64,000 nucleotides of DNA from the human T2T-CHM13v2.0 reference genome, Homo sapiens. Made by a program: the position numbers and the translations under genes. The stretch is taken from NCBI RefSeq assembly GCF_009914755.1, contig NC_060926.1; one strand, given 5' to 3'. The notes below the pieces were generated by a model that was not told the origin of the DNA, ran no database searches, and was given only the letters and a program-made list of their open reading frames with translations. This document shows positions 1-14,516 of this stretch, one piece after another (position 1 is the first letter of the stretch; each line of letters starts with the position of its first letter).

Positions 1-3000
1 CATAAACTTAAGGTAAAGGAGTGGAAAAAGACTTTCCATGCAAATGGACACCAAAAGCGAGCAGGAGTAGCTATTCTTATATTAGACAAAACAAACTTTA
101 AAGCAACAGCAGTTAAAAAAGACAAAGAGGAACATTATATAATGATAAAAGGCCTTGTCCAACAGGAAAATGTCACAATTCTAAATATTTATGCACCTTA
201 CACTGGAGCTCCCAAATTTATAAACAGTTACTACTAGACCTAAGAAACGAGATAGATGGCAACACAGTAATAGTGGGGACTTCAGTACTTCACTGACAGC
301 ATTAGACAGGTCATCAAGACAGAAAGTCAACAAAGAAACAATGTATTTTTACTATACCCTGGAACAAATGGACTTAATAGATATTTACACAACATGCTAC
401 CCAACAACCACAGAATATGCATTTGATTCATCAGCACATGGAACCTTCTCCAAGACAGACCATATGATAGGCCACAAAAGTCTCAATAAATTTAAGGAAA
501 TTGAAATTATATCAAACATTCTCTGAGACCACAGCAGAATAAAAGTGGAAATCAACTCCAAAAGGAACCTTCAAAACCATGCAAATACATGGATATTAAA
601 TAACCTGCTCCTGAATGATCATTGGGTCAGAAATGAAATCAAGACGGAAATTTAAAAATTCTTCAAACTGAATGACAATAGTGGCTCAACCTGTCAAAAC
701 CTCTGGGATACAGCAAAGGTGGTGCTAAGAGGAAGGTTCATAGCCCTAAATGCCTACATCAAAAAGTCTGAAAGAGCACACACGGACATTCTGAGATCAC
801 ACTTCAAGGAACTGGAGTAGCAAGAACAAACCAAACCCAAACCCAGCAGAAGAAAGGAAATAACCAGAATCAGAGCAGAACTAAATGAAATTGAAACAAA
901 AAAAATTGCAAAAGATAAATGAAATAAAATGTTGGTTATTTGGAAAGATAAAGAAAATTAATAGACCATTAGCAAGATTAACCAAGAAAGGAAGAGAGAA
1001 AATCCAAATAAGTTCAATTAGAAATGAAACAGGAGGTATTACAACTGACACTACAGAAATACAAAAGATCATTCAAGGCTACTATAAACACCTCTACACC
1101 CGTAAACCAGAAAACCTAGAGGAGATAGATAAATTCCTGGAAAGATACAACCCTCCTAGCTTAAATCAGGAAGAATTAGACACCCTGAACGGACCAATAA
1201 CAAGCAGTGAGATTCAAATGGTAATTAAAAGCTTAGCAACAAAAAAAAGTCCAAGACCAGATGGATTCACAGCTGAATTCTACCAGACATTCAAAGTACG
1301 ATTGGTACCAATCCTATTGACTCTATTCCACAAGATAGAGAAAGAAGGAATTCTCCCTAAATCATTCTGTGAAGCCAGTGTCACCCTAATACCAAAACCA
1401 AGAAAGGACATAACCAAAAAAGAAAACTACAGACCAATATCCCTGATGAACATACATGCAAAAATCCTTAACAAAGTACTAGCTAACCAAATCCAACAAC
1501 ATGTCAAAAAGATAATCCAGCATAATCAAGTGAGTTTCATACCAGGGATACAGGAGTGGTTTAACATACATCAGTCAATAAATGTGATACAACACATAAA
1601 CAGAATAAAAACAAAAATCACACGATCATCTCAATAGACCAAGAAAAAGCATTTGACAAAATCCAGCATGGCTTTATGTTTAAAACCCTTAGCAAAATTG
1701 GCATTCAGCAGACATACCTGAATGTAAGAAAAGCCATCTATGATAAACCCAGAGCCAAAATAATACTGAATGGGGAAAAGTTGAAAGCATTCCCTCTGAA
1801 AACAGGAACAAGGCAAGGATGCCCACTTTCACCACTTCTCTTCAACATAGTACTGGAATCCAAGCCAGAGCCATCAGACAAGAGAAAGAAATAAAAGGCA
1901 TCCAAATCAGTCACAAGGAAGTCAAACTGTGGCTGTTTGCTGATGATATGATTATATACCTGGAAAACCCTAAAGACTCCTCCAAAAAGCTCCTAGAACT
2001 GATAAAAAATTCAGCAAAGCTTCTGGATACAAAATTAATGTACACAAGTCAGTAACTCTCGTATACACCAACAGCGACCAAGTGGAGAATCAAATGAAGA
2101 AATCAACCCCTTTTACAGTAGCTGCAAAAAGAATAAAATACTTAGGAATATATCTAACCAAGAAGGTGAAAGACCTCTACAAGGAAAACTGCAAAACACT
2201 GCTGAAGTAAATCATAGATGACATAAGCAAATGGAAACACATCTCATGCTCATGGGTGGGTAGAATAAATATTGTGAAAATGACCATACTGCCAAAAGCA
2301 ATCTACAAATTCAGTGCAATTTCCATCAAAATACTACCATCATTCTTAACAGAACTAGAAAAGCAATCCTAAAATTTATATGGAACCAAAAAAGAGCCTA
2401 CATAGCCAAAGCAAGACTATGCAAAAGAACAAATCTGGAGGCTTCAAACTATACTATAAGGCCATAGTCACCAAAACAGCATGGTACTGGTATAAAAATA
2501 GATACATAGACCAATGGAACAGAACAGAGAACCAGAAATAAAGCCAAATACTTACAGCCAACTTATCTTCAACAAAGGAAACAAAAACATAAAGTGGGGA
2601 AAGGACACCCTATTCAACAAATAGTGCTGGGATAATTGGGAAGCCACATGTAGGAGAATGAAACTGGATCCTCATCTCTCATCTACAAAACTCAATTCAA
2701 GATGGATGAAGGACTTAAATCTAAGACCTGAAACTTAAAAATTCCAGAAGATAACATTGGAAAAACCCTTCTAGACATTGGCTTAAGCAAGTTTTTCATG
2801 ACCAAGAACCTAAAAGCAAATGCAGAAAAAACAGAGAAATGGCTGGGACTTAATTAAACTAAAGAACTTTTGCATGGCAAAAGGAAGTCAGCAGAGTAAA
2901 TAGAGCACCCACAGAGTGGGAGAAAATCTTCGCAATCTATACATCTGACAAAGGACTAACATCCAGAATCTAAAAAGAACTCAAACAAATCAGCAAGAAA

Positions 3001-3404
3001 AAAAAATCAAACAATCCCATCAAAAAGTGGGTTAAGGACATTAATAGAGAATTCTCAAAAGAAGATATACAAATGGCCAACAAACAGGAAAAAATGCTCA
3101 ACATCACTAATGATCAGGGAAATGCAAATCAAAACCACAATGTGATACCACCTTATTCCTGCAAGAATGGCCATAATAAAATCAAAAAGTAATAGACGTT
3201 GAGATGGATGCGGTGAATAGGGAACACCTCTGCACAGCTAGTGGGAATGTAAACTATTATAGCCACTATGGTAAAGAACTAAAAGTAGAACCATTTGATC
3301 CAGCAATCCCATTACTGGGTATCTACCCAAGGAAAAGAAGTCATTATGTGAAAAAGATACTTGCACACTCATGTTTATAGCTGCACAATTCACAATTGTG
3401 AAAA

Positions 3405-3496
3405 TGTGGAACCAGCCCAAATGCCCATCAATCAACAAAGTGGACACAGTTTATTTATCCCCTCGTTGATTGATGGGCATTTGGGCTGGTTCCACA
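3405..3496. repeat. Perfect 32-bp inverted repeat with 28-bp spacer inside the L1
   Basis: TGTGGAACCAGCCCAAATGCCCATCAATCAAC (3405-3436) is the exact reverse complement of 3465-3496. Confidence 0.97.
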
Positions 3497-3499
3497 ATC

Positions 3500-3502
<3 letters not shown>

Positions 3503-3545
<43 letters not shown>
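3503..3545. repeat. (CA)n microsatellite
   Basis: About 21 uninterrupted AC units. Confidence 0.97.
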
Positions 3546-3546
<1 letters not shown>

Positions 3547-4240
3547 TTATATATATATGATCTAATACTACTCAGCCATAAAAAGAAATGAATTAATGAC
3601 ATTTGCAGCAACCTGGATGAGATTGGAGACTATTATTCTAAGTGAAGTAACTCAGGAATGGAAAACCAAACATCGTATGTTCTAACTTATAAGTGGAAGC
3701 TATGCGGATGCAAAGGCATAAGAATGACACAATAGATTTTGGGGACTCAGGGAAAGGATGGGAAGGGTGTGAGGGATAAAAGACTACAAATTGGGTTCAG
3801 TGTATACTGCTTGGGTGATGGGTGCACCAAAGTCTCACAAATTACCACTAAAGAACTTACTCATGTAACCAAATAACACCTATTCCTCAAAAACCTATGA
3901 AAACAAAAAAAGTTTTTTAAAAAAGAAAAAAAGTAGAATGAGCCTTCTTAGCCAACTAGGACCCATTCCTGTTCATGTTAATTTAATTTAATTTTTTCTT
4001 CTCATCGAATTCCCCTAACAACCTTAAGAATTAGGTATTTTAGTCCCCATTGTCAGATAAAGAAACTAAAGACATTTTACTCTATTGTTAATAGATATGG
4101 ATTTAGTAATAAGTGATGGATTCTACCTCATCCCTGTGGAAGTTCTGTTACTCAGTCTCGTGTTTTGTTATGAGACGTGTAGTAGAGCCTGCAGCAGAAA
4201 ACTGACACCAAGCAGGGTAATAGAGAAGGGGAAATTCACC

Positions 4241-4492
4241 TTTTTTTTTTTTTTTTTTTAAGACAAGGTCTTGCTCTGTTGCCCAGGCTGGATTGCAGTG
4301 GTGTGATCACAGCTCACTGCAGCCTTGACCACCTAGGCTCAAGTGATCCACCCACCTCAGCCTCCTGAGTAGCTGGGATTACAGGCACATGTCACCAAGC
4401 CAGGCTAATTTTTGTATTTTTTGCAGAGATGGGGTCTCAGTATGTTGCCCAGGCTAGTCTTGAACTCCTGGGCTCAAGCAGTCTGCCCAGCT
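4241..4492 (-). mobile_element. AluJ-like, 5'-truncated
   Basis: Poly(T) followed by antisense Alu body. TSD GGGGAAATTCAC at 4228-4239 and 4493-4504. Confidence 0.93.
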
Positions 4493-5636
4493 GGGGAAAT
4501 TCACTTCTTAAAATCAAATGTACATGCTTTTTGAAAACTTAAGAACTTTGGCTTTAGTTTTCTCTTTTCCTTTGCAATCACAGTATCAGTGCTGAAGAAG
4601 TGACTTTTTGTCTTCAGTCTGCTTTCAGATAAGAAAAAAATTGCATAGAGCCTTGATGTTCAAGGGACACATGACATTAGTTTGACTCTAAATAATAATA
4701 AACATTTGGCTACTTTTGCTTGAAGCACACACTAAAGAATTGTGACCTTTGCCAGTGCATGTTCCGAAGTCATATTGACTGAATTTAATTTTGGCCACAA
4801 TAGATCAATATTTTATTCCCTTTTTTATCCTTACACTAGACAATTGTTAGTTGGAAAATTCTTGCTTATCTTTTTCTGATTCCCACAAATTTTGGTCATT
4901 CAAATGAGTGTAAATAGACTTTAAGCTGACAATTATAAGATTAGTGTATATTCAGGGGAATTCTAGAAGTAACGAGAGGTATTTTATAGGCAGAATTTCA
5001 CCTAATAGAATGACATTGAATTTTTTGCAGATGTATTTTGAATAGATTATAGGGACTAGGGCTGATGTTGGGAAGACTAACGGGAAGGGACAGATACCAT
5101 TGGTGCTGAATTCTACCTTGCTGGGTGCTTGACAAGGGTAGTCAACTTGGAGAGAAAAGAATGGATCCCAATAAAGAACAATATGGGCTAGCTGTTAATG
5201 GAGCCTATGACCAAAGCACTAAAAAACAAAATCAAAGTTAAATCTGTGAAATAGAACATAGTGGATTTAGAACTATATATGCATACAATATCTGATACAC
5301 TTCCAATGGCAATTTTAGCCCTAAAAGCATGAATACAATGACAGGAAAACAGGAAAATTAATTATAATGCTTAGAAAAGGATGGTTGGAATGATGGTGTA
5401 AAGAACAAGTCATATGACGTTTCTAAGTATGAGAGAAGGCAAAGACGTAGTCATTTAATACATTCTGAGTGAGCATAATTCTTGTGTACAGAATCTTTTA
5501 ATAATGAAATATTTTACAGTACAGAGAAAATGTAACAAGCACAGAGACTAATACAATAAAAACCCACCCAGTAATATTTGATGCTGTTTTAGAGGATGGA
5601 AATATTACAGAATCAGCTAAAGCTCCCCATATACCC

Positions 5637-5859
5637 TAGAAATGTCCAATCTTTTGGCTTCCCTGGGCCACACTGAAAGAAGAAGAATTGTCTTGGGCCA
5701 CACATAAAATACACTAACACTAAGGATAGTCATTGAGCTAACAAAAAATCACAAAAAAATCTAATAATGTTTTAAGAACGTTTACAAATTTATGCTGGGC
5801 CGCATTCAAAGCCGTCCTGGCCTGCATGTGGCCTGCAGGCTGTGGTTTGGACCAGCTTG
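5637..5859 (+). mobile_element. MER30 (hAT-Charlie non-autonomous DNA transposon)
   Basis: TGTCCAATCTTTTGGCTTCCCTGGGCCACA...GGGCCGCATTCAAAGCCGTCCTGG...TTGGACCAGCTTG matches the recalled MER30 consensus. Confidence 0.85.
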
Positions 5860-6686
5860 CTGTATACCTTCTCTGTTCTTTACTCTTCAAAAGTAATGTC
5901 TATCCTGAATTTAATGTTTATATTTTCTTGTTGTGTTTAAAACACTACATATATGTGTGTTTATATATATGCATATATATGAGAGACATATAGCATTCCT
6001 TTGCAAATCATCAGACTTTCCATAACTGCCTAATATATTTTTTGAATCAATGATTTAATGAAGACTCTTCTACCCAAATTAAGTTCACCTTTGACTGGAG
6101 AATGAAAAGTGAATAGGTGAATGGGTTTGACTTACCTCCAACCTCAAAGACTTTGCATTGATAATTCTGTTCCCTTTCAAACAGAAAGAGCTGAGCCTTA
6201 AGCAAATGAAGAAAACTATTTGGAGTTACAGAGTTAATTATTGATGGAGGTGGAAATAGTTTCAGGAAATGTTTGTCTTAAAGCAAGAACTCAAGTCTGC
6301 ATAACCTGTCTAACGGATGAGTAACATCTTTTCCCCTAGCTATCATATTTCTTTGGACATTAGTTTCTTTAAACTAATGAAAGCTTGAAAGCTACTCTAG
6401 AAATTTAGATTTTATGTCAGAGTTTCCAAAAAGGAATCTGTCATCTCACCTTTATTTTATTGTTTAAGACATATGGGATGTTTTTGAAACTACAGTCAAT
6501 TTGCTTCCTCCCCAGTTGATGAACATCTCCATTGAACTCAAGTAATAAAGTCAGTGTCTCAGTAACAGCTCGAAAAGGAGACTACTGACCTAAAAATCAT
6601 GTGACAACTTTTTAACAGTGTTTACAGATGAAACCAATCAGTTAACCAAGACTTCAAGCCCATTCCTCCCTTCAGAATGTGGTGTC

Positions 6687-6959
6687 AGTTGAACTCATGG
6701 AAACAGTAGAATAGTGATTACCAGGGATAGGAGTGGGGGAAAGAGGGAGATGTTGGTTGAAAGATAACAAACTTGTAGTTATAAGATGAATACATTCCAG
6801 GGATCTAATATATAGCACAGTAAGGTGACCCAGGTTTAAAACTAACTAGATTATGGGAATCATTTCACCAAGTATCTGTATATGAGTTATCATGTTGTAC
6901 ACATTCACATCATACAATTTTCTCTTTCAGTTATACCTCAGTAAAGCAGGAAAAAAAAA
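6687..6959 (+). mobile_element. Old L1 (L1MA/L1MB) 3' end fragment
   Basis: GTAGAATAGTGATTACCAGGG...GTTATAAGATGAATA...TTATACCTCAGTAAAGC followed by an A run. Confidence 0.7.
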
Positions 6960-7829
6960 TGCCGTGTTACAATCTTTAGAGAGAGACACTTTGGCTAAAA
7001 GCTCATGGGACGAGAAAGAATTTTGTATCTGAATCATTAACGTGCTTGAATATGTCTGATGGCTTTGTTAGACTTATTAAATACAAAATAATTGAATATT
7101 TTGTTCCACAAATCAAAATTTCACCAATCTACCTAAACAAACAAAGGCTGAAGCTGGTGACTTTTAAGAACTTTAGATGTCAATCTGTAAAATTTGATAT
7201 TTATACATTAAAGAATACTATACTCAAAAAATAGGCAGTATATCAGGTATCTGAGTTTTTTTCTGACACTTGTGGCATAGTTACCCATTTCTAGTCTTGA
7301 CTTTAAGGTCACAGGACCCCAAGATGTCGATGGAGACCTGGTGTGAAAAACGGGGACACCTGTTTTCTTTCACAAAGTTACTTGTTAAATGTAGAAAAGT
7401 TTACAATTCCATGGGTCTTCTATCTGTAGAATAAGGTCATAGATGGGCTCTTAGGGACCCTACCTAGGCTGTTAAGAACAATGTCTGCTTCAAGAAAATT
7501 TAAGAGTGCAGGATTAGATGCCTCTGATTTATGTGGACAGAAATATACTGATGTTCCTGTAAAACACCTGTAAGACCGAATCGTTGCATTCAGTGAGCTG
7601 TTTTTCTGCTAGTATACATTCATGACACCAGCTCTGAATAGGATTTTAGCTAAGTCATTTCACATTGAGTGTGTGCTTTACGTTATTTAGAGAAATGAAG
7701 AGTAAACAAAGTCTTATTTGCCCTCCTACCTTAGCATAGAAAAGGAACTGAAACAGAGATGGTAGCAGCAGAGTAATGGTATTTATAGTCAAAATAAGAT
7801 TTTAATTTATGTGCTAAAATTTTTAATAT

Positions 7830-8063
7830 TTAGTAGTAAAAACCATGATCTCTGGAGTCAAATTGCTTGGATTTGAATCCCAAATTCACCATGTACTTTG
7901 GCAAGTAATTTAAACTTGCCATCTTATAGTACGATGGGAATGATAGTGGCACAGTGTATCTATCCCACAGGGTTCTTACAAAATATAGGTGAGTTAATAT
8001 ATGTAAGACTCTTGTGATGGTATCAGGTATAAAGTAAGTACCCATGAAATGCCAGCTGTTACT
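7830..8063 (+). mobile_element. MIR SINE
   Basis: CTCTGGAGTCAAATTGCTTGGATTTGAATCCC...GTGAGTTAATATATGTAA is a MIR core-like sequence. Confidence 0.7.
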
Positions 8064-9487
8064 GTTTTGTAAAAATAAATAGGTGACACCCCCCACCCCA
8101 AGAGAACCTACTATAAGTAAAAGGACTTCACAAAGATGACTACTTCTATCAAACTTGAATCCACAATTACTTCATGTCCAAACTTTGTGGAAGGGAATGT
8201 GTCACATATAATACGGAAACCTCATTGGAAGGTTTTTATAAATTCCATTGTACTTGACTGGAAAACTGATAAAAATGAGTGTAATATGTCTATCTTGTAG
8301 CTTTGTTCATATCTCATGAAAGCTCTGAGTTTTGAGTGGAAAAATAGGCACTTAATCTACTTTGTTCTTAGAGGTAAAGTGATTTATGTATTTTAAAGTA
8401 ACACTAGATTGAAGTCTATATTTGTTCCTAAATATATTCTGCTCATTTGTCCAACTGTATAATTTCACTTCATTTGTAATAATTTGTAAGATACAGCGCA
8501 GTGATTTATATTGTGTTAAATTTTATGAAAGAAAAATTTTAATGTCATAGGTATAAGCCATACTTCACCTCTCTTCATGGATTTGATAATAAATTAGTTA
8601 ATCTTTTTATTTAGATGATGGAAAAGCTGAAATGAGAATGTCTCAATTAATAAAATCGATTTCAGAATCAAAAGAACCATATACTGATGTTTTGGTGCTC
8701 TAGCAATGTATCTTAGTTTTATACACAATAACAGTTTTTTCATTAGCTATACCATTCCAGAGTTGACTATTTTTTATTCCAAATTTCTATCAGATTGATT
8801 GATCACGTTAGAAGTTGAATTGGCAATATATGTCATCTCTCTCCCCTTTTTTGTTCATACTTGCACAGTTCCTGGAAGTAGTTGATAAATTATTCGATCT
8901 ATTGTGGTGTAAATATACTTAAAAGTCAGTAAATAAAAGGATCACTCGTACTCCTAATAAAAATTTAGATGTCAGTTTAGGAACTATTCTTTGCAAGCCA
9001 CTGTTTGTGGTCAGAAATGCAAAGATAAATAAAACTCAGTCTTACTCTACTTGGAACTCACAAGCAATTCAAAGGCTTGTGGCTGTAATCAAAGAGAAGG
9101 AGAGGAGGTAAAGAACAAGTCAGAATTACAGTGTTTTCCATGTTGCAGCATCCAGAAAAGGTGGCTTTATGGAACAACTAGAATTTGACATAAATCCTGA
9201 AGGAGCCACAGTGGCTCAGCAGGTAGAGAGAGGTGAGTGAGTAGGACAGAGAAAAACCCTCTGGGTAATAATTGTTAATAAGCTTAATATTGTTTTAGCT
9301 ACCCTGGTATTGAAAAGAAGCGTCTTTTCGGTGCTCTTCTATCCCCAGATTTGCAAGCAGTCAGTTTTCATTCATCAGGGTAGAGACAGTTCTCAATTAT
9401 GCAGCATCCACTAATATCCACCAGGTTAGAAACATCATTTTAGCTGAATACATTGTCTTCCATTTTTAGGTATAAAATCAGGAAGAA

Positions 9488-9750
9488 GTAGCATAGCTTA
9501 ATGGTTAAGAGTTTGGATGCTGGAACCAAACAGCCTAGTTTCCAATCCTGACTTTCTGTCTTACTAGCTGTGTGGCCTTCAGCAAGTAACTAAACCCACT
9601 CTGTGCTCATTTCCTCATCAGGGAAAAAAAAATAAAGATGTTGATAATAATGCCTACCTTGTTGTGTGGAACAGTTTCATTAAATGACTTCCTATTTGTA
9701 AAGTGCTTAGAAGAACTCAGGGGATAGAGGAAGTACTATATAAAAGTTGT
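9488..9750 (+). mobile_element. MIR SINE
   Basis: ATGGTTAAGAG...CTTACTAGCTGTGTGGCCTT...TTTCCTCATC...TGTAAAGTGCTTAGAA. Confidence 0.75.
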
Positions 9751-12700
9751 AAATCAAACGGCCCTCGTATGCCTGCCCTGGTCTCCCTAGAACATGTGCT
9801 GAGTCGTGCGGGGTGGTGGCTGCTCTGGATGATTCCCCTGCTTCTGCTGCCTCTGTAGTTTACAATCCCTTGCCTTTTGGGTGACACCTGGCAACAAGAC
9901 CTGAGACCTCAATGCTCTGATTTCCTGCTTCAAATGCACATTTTAGTAGTCTTGATTTTAACAAAGAGCCCTGTTCAACCTTGTTGTGTAAGGACAATAA
10001 ACCAGATTCAGTGGGTGGTAGTTTTTACTAGCTTCCTATTCTAATTTTCAGGTTTGAAAGATATAAAAGCCTTCCATATCCAAGCAAATGTAGTGGAACA
10101 CATTGACGTCTCTAGGCAAAGCAGGGTGCTCTAATTCTGTAGAATTTGAGAGAGGGCTTTAGAGTCACTGCTAGGTTTGTGTCCCAGTTTTTCCATTTAC
10201 CAGGCGTCTGGCTTTGGACAGGCTAATCCCTAGGCTTCTTTTTCCAATACTGGTCTTACAAGGTTGCTTCCTTATATGGAGTCTTTCTGGGAATTGGTGG
10301 TCCTTCTGAGCATCCTCCACAGATCGTTTAGGATTCAACTTCTGGTTCCACTAGCTAAGCCAACATTCCTCCCCTCCTGCAGCTTTCCAGGCCCTGAAAC
10401 AGGGTGGTTGTCTTCACTCCAGTTTTGTGTCCCTGGGAGTTTATGCTTTACTGAACAAAATCCCTCTTTTGCCCGTTTAGTGGTACTTTCATAAAGACAC
10501 AGAGGTAAATTTATGTGTTTAATTTACCTTGTTTAACCAAGAGTAATCTTTAAGTGTTTAAAGAAATAGTCTTAGTCTATTTCTGTTATCAAAAGAAGTC
10601 TTTTGAAATTTTCCCGTAAGAATGAATTTAATGCTTCCTTTCCTCGTTTTCATTAATCTAAGAATTCATCCCTTGATTATTATTGCTAAATATTTTGTAT
10701 TAAATTATCCCTTAAAAACAAGAGCATTTAATTTGGCAATGAAATTTAGGGCAATGATTTATGTTGCTAACCATAGTCTTTTTATGCTAGAATTATACTT
10801 TTTGAAATATTATTTTTTGTTTGTATATTGGTGGGTCAGAATAGGCTGAAGTAATTTTTTCATAAAGGTTAATGAATAATGTATTTTTAGAGCCTCTGAA
10901 TATATGAGAATACTTTTCATATATTCCTCTGCAAATGAGAGGAAGTTTGCCTGGCAGAAGCTTTCTTTGATTGAGTCTTCCCTTTCTTTTGGCACTTAAT
11001 AATACAGCAGAGAACTGTAAGACCAACTGGGTATTTGTTCTTTTGATGGTGATTTGTTTTCATTTGATTTATGTGTGTTGACTTGTTGTTTTTATGCTTG
11101 AACACTGAAGTTTTTTTTTTTTTATTGTAAACCTAGGATTCAACATTTTTGTCAGAACATCGCTTTGAATTGATATTGTTTGGAATGCAATTTAGTTGTC
11201 TTTTTTTTCAGTTCACATTTTTTTTAGTCTTTTTGTCTTTGATTATTCTATTTTAGTTCTTGTATTTCCTCAGAAACAGCTATAATTAGATTTGTTTTCT
11301 AGTCTTCCAGATCTAGGATCTTTTTTCATCTTTGGTTCATTTCTCTGGCCTTATGGGGGTGTTTACCCTCTATGTAAATGACTTAATTTTATACTGTATG
11401 TATCTGTGTTCCTCCCCTCCAGTGGATAATAATGCTGCACTTCATTTTTCAGACTCTGTGCAATGCTCCTTTATTCCACCTATAATCTCTTTATCTTACC
11501 CGGCAGTCTTTTATTGACTTACAACTTTCTGTTTTGTTTCAAGGGGTCATATCTTCTTGTATTATATTGGCAATGCCTAAAACTTTCCTAAAAATTACTA
11601 ATGATTCCTCTAGGAAGTCATTTTTAGGAGGCTGTTCTTCCTTTGAATCTTTAACATGCCGTTTTCTTTCCACATTTATTACTACTTAGTAGACCCATGC
11701 TGCCACTGAGCTGTTATTTTCATTCCCGAATTTAGAGATATTCATCTAGACCTGCTCACAGAGGGGATGTGTGGATTGCCCTCAGCCCCACTCTCTCTCC
11801 TCCTGTTTGTTAGTAAAAGTCCTCTTTTAGATCTCTGACCTTGAAGCAGGTTGATGTCTATAGACTTGGCCCCATTTTCAGTGAAAGTTTCATATAAAGC
11901 AGCTATCTCCAATAGCCTTGTTCTTTGTTGCTTTGTATGTGGATTGTCTAAGAACGCCAACCTCCAGAATGCAGTACCTTCATAGGTCATCTTGTCCCTA
12001 AATCTGCCTTTCTGTCACTGAAACTGCCAGATTTCACAGTACATCTCCTTCTTCCCAGTTGGCTTTTGAAAGTAGCCATCACTAAGATATGGGGTGGGAG
12101 ATTCTGTTGCTGCCTCAAGAAATGTACGTAATCATTTGTGGTAAAGGGCAAAGTTTCCGACTGATACAGATTTTGCATTTCTATACAAGATGGCAGAAAG
12201 TGGAGACAGGGTGATATGCAGATGAAGATTTCCCTACTTCCTTCAAGGCTTGTGACTTTTCACTGTTAATCACATTTTTTACATCTAATTTCATTCTTTT
12301 TCTGTTGTAAGAACTCTTCCCTGATTCTAGCAGTAGGTTGAAGGTCATATCTTCCTTTTCATGGGTGCATGAACTTTATTATTTATCTCTTTTACAGGTA
12401 TCTTAGTAGAAGATTGGGAGGGACTATATCAGGGACTGGTAGCTAGCATTTAAAACAATAACATATGAAACTCCACAACTTAAAGAAGTGCTTTATCAAG
12501 TTGCAAGGTGCTTGAAAATTTTGCTTTCTGCAGATATTTTGTGGAAATAAACTCTGCCTTGTAAATATTCATCACAAGTTGCTATTCAAATGATGGAGGC
12601 ATCAGTATTCCTATAATAGAATCTATGTGTTATGAAAACTGGGTCATTTTAGTGATTAAATAAAATGTAGATACATAAATGATGGTAGGAATTCCAATGA

Positions 12701-13025
12701 CTTCTGTAAAACTTTTTTATACATAAAAACTGCCTGATCACTACCTACTAACAAGGGTCTTAGAACTGAAACAGCTGTTATAAATAACCTAATCTCGGAG
12801 TTGCAAATTCATTTGCCTCCAGGGGCCAGACAAGGCAAATGCATGAAGTAGGCTAGTTCCATACTGGAAGGATTGGGAGGGACTAGAGAGAAGTAGAGAT
12901 AATACTTGTGCTACCAAATCCTTGAGGCATCATTATAGCACAAACCCAGTCTCCCATTATAGAGATGGAACTGAGATCAAAGGATATTAACAGATTTGCC
13001 CAAAGTTAGTTGAGTCTGTCTTGAC

Positions 13026-13182
13026 CAGAACTGGGTACATAATTTGCAGAATCCAATGCAAAATAAGATGCTGGGTCCCTTGTTCAACAACTATTAAGAA
13101 TTTCAAGATGGTAACAAAGCATTAAATCAAGCATGAAGTCTTATGTGACTGCCTAAGTCACACACCCATGAAGATATCCCTG
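13026..13182 (-). mobile_element. MER45A-like hAT DNA transposon relic
   Basis: TACATAATTTGC...CCCTTGTTCAACAACTATTAAGAATTTCAAGA...CACCCATGAAG..CCCTG matches the reverse complement of recalled MER45A. Confidence 0.7.
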
Positions 13183-13252
13183 GTTTTAATTTTTGATCTA
13201 GAATTTGTACAACAAACAGAAACTTGTTATCACTCTCACCCATAACCATTGA

Positions 13253-13593
<341 letters not shown>

Positions 13594-13778
13594 CTTAACT
13601 ATTATACTACAATAAGTTAATTGTCTTTTCTTACAAGATAACTTTTTTTTTTTATGATATCAGGAATGCCATTTAGTGACATCCAGCCAACTTTTAAAGG
13701 CGTAGCTATTCATACTCGGAAGTACAAGAAATAAAATTGGGAATTTAGTACTAGAGTAAGAGTTTTTTGTAATAAGTA

Positions 13779-13808
13779 TACACACACACACACACACACA
13801 CGCACACA
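13779..13808. repeat. (CA)n microsatellite
   Basis: Short AC run with one interruption. Confidence 0.9.
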
Positions 13809-14458
13809 TCTTATATTTTAAAAGACTTAAAACATTTCCATCATTTAAAATCAAAAGAAAACTTAAAAATTTTTCTTCATTAGAAGTGAAAGTCACAGCT
13901 AGACCATAAGTTTGGCATGGTATAAAATTGTCATTTATAGTTGTAATTTGATTTATTTAGATTCTATATGCCTTCCTTTAGCAACATCCACAAAGATGTT
14001 GATATAGTTGTTAAAAGACAAAGTGAAATTCTTACCTAATTTTAAAATATTAACTCTTTTAAAACAAATATGAACTTCAGTTAACTCCAGTTGTTAGTTT
14101 TGAATTATTTGTCTGATTCAGATATTATACCTTCATATTACCAAATCATATCCCTTCATGAGTGATAAACAAGAAGAAGTTCACATGTTGGAGAATGAGA
14201 AGATGAGCAGTTGGGCAAATATTGCAATTAACAATGAAAAAATTAAGTTATGAATATAATACTCAAAATATTTTCTATAAGCCATGTATACCAGTGTATG
14301 GCTTCAGCTAGCACTGAAATTGCTCATTAAGTTTAATCCTTAGTTGAGGTAGGGGGACAAATTTAATTTAATGAACTCTTTTCCCTCCCTTACATATTTC
14401 AGTATATGCTGTGAATATATAAACTGAATGTCACAGATTTTTTTTTAACCTTCTACAG

Positions 14459-14516
14459 GTGGAGATTTTCATTTTACCTTTATGTATTTACCTACGGAGT
14501 CAGATTCCTGAAAAAG
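14459..14516 (+). CDS. CERS6: Internal coding exon (58 nt, probably exon 4) of ceramide synthase 6, start of the TLC/Lag1 transmembrane region
   Basis: Acceptor TTTTTTTTTAACCTTCTACAG| and donor AAG|GTAGGA. The first G completes a Met codon, then 19 codons give [19 protein letters not shown]. This matches the recalled human CERS6 segment ...[29 protein letters not shown]. The exon number is from memory. Confidence 0.95.

Larger units (their letters stand above)
1..3932 (+). mobile_element. LINE-1, L1PB-like, decayed: ORF2 (EN-RT-Cys) remnant plus 3' UTR and A-rich tail; 5' part lies outside the window
   Basis: ORF fragments 885-1637 ([26 protein letters not shown]), 1676-1894 ([18 protein letters not shown]) and 1819-2055 (RT motif [13 protein letters not shown]) are separated by frameshifts and stops. 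The 3' UTR (GGTGATGGGTGCACCAAA...CCACTAAAGAACTTACTCATGTAACCAAA) resembles recalled L1PB-type ends. Confidence 0.95.

Noticed and set aside
885-2055. 250-aa and neighbouring ORFs with RT motifs as a functional or novel reverse-transcriptase system
   Set aside because: They are ordinary L1 ORF2 pieces broken by multiple frameshifts and stops.
10900-12400. T-rich stretch that may be very old antisense L1
   Set aside because: It is too diverged to delimit or name by eye.
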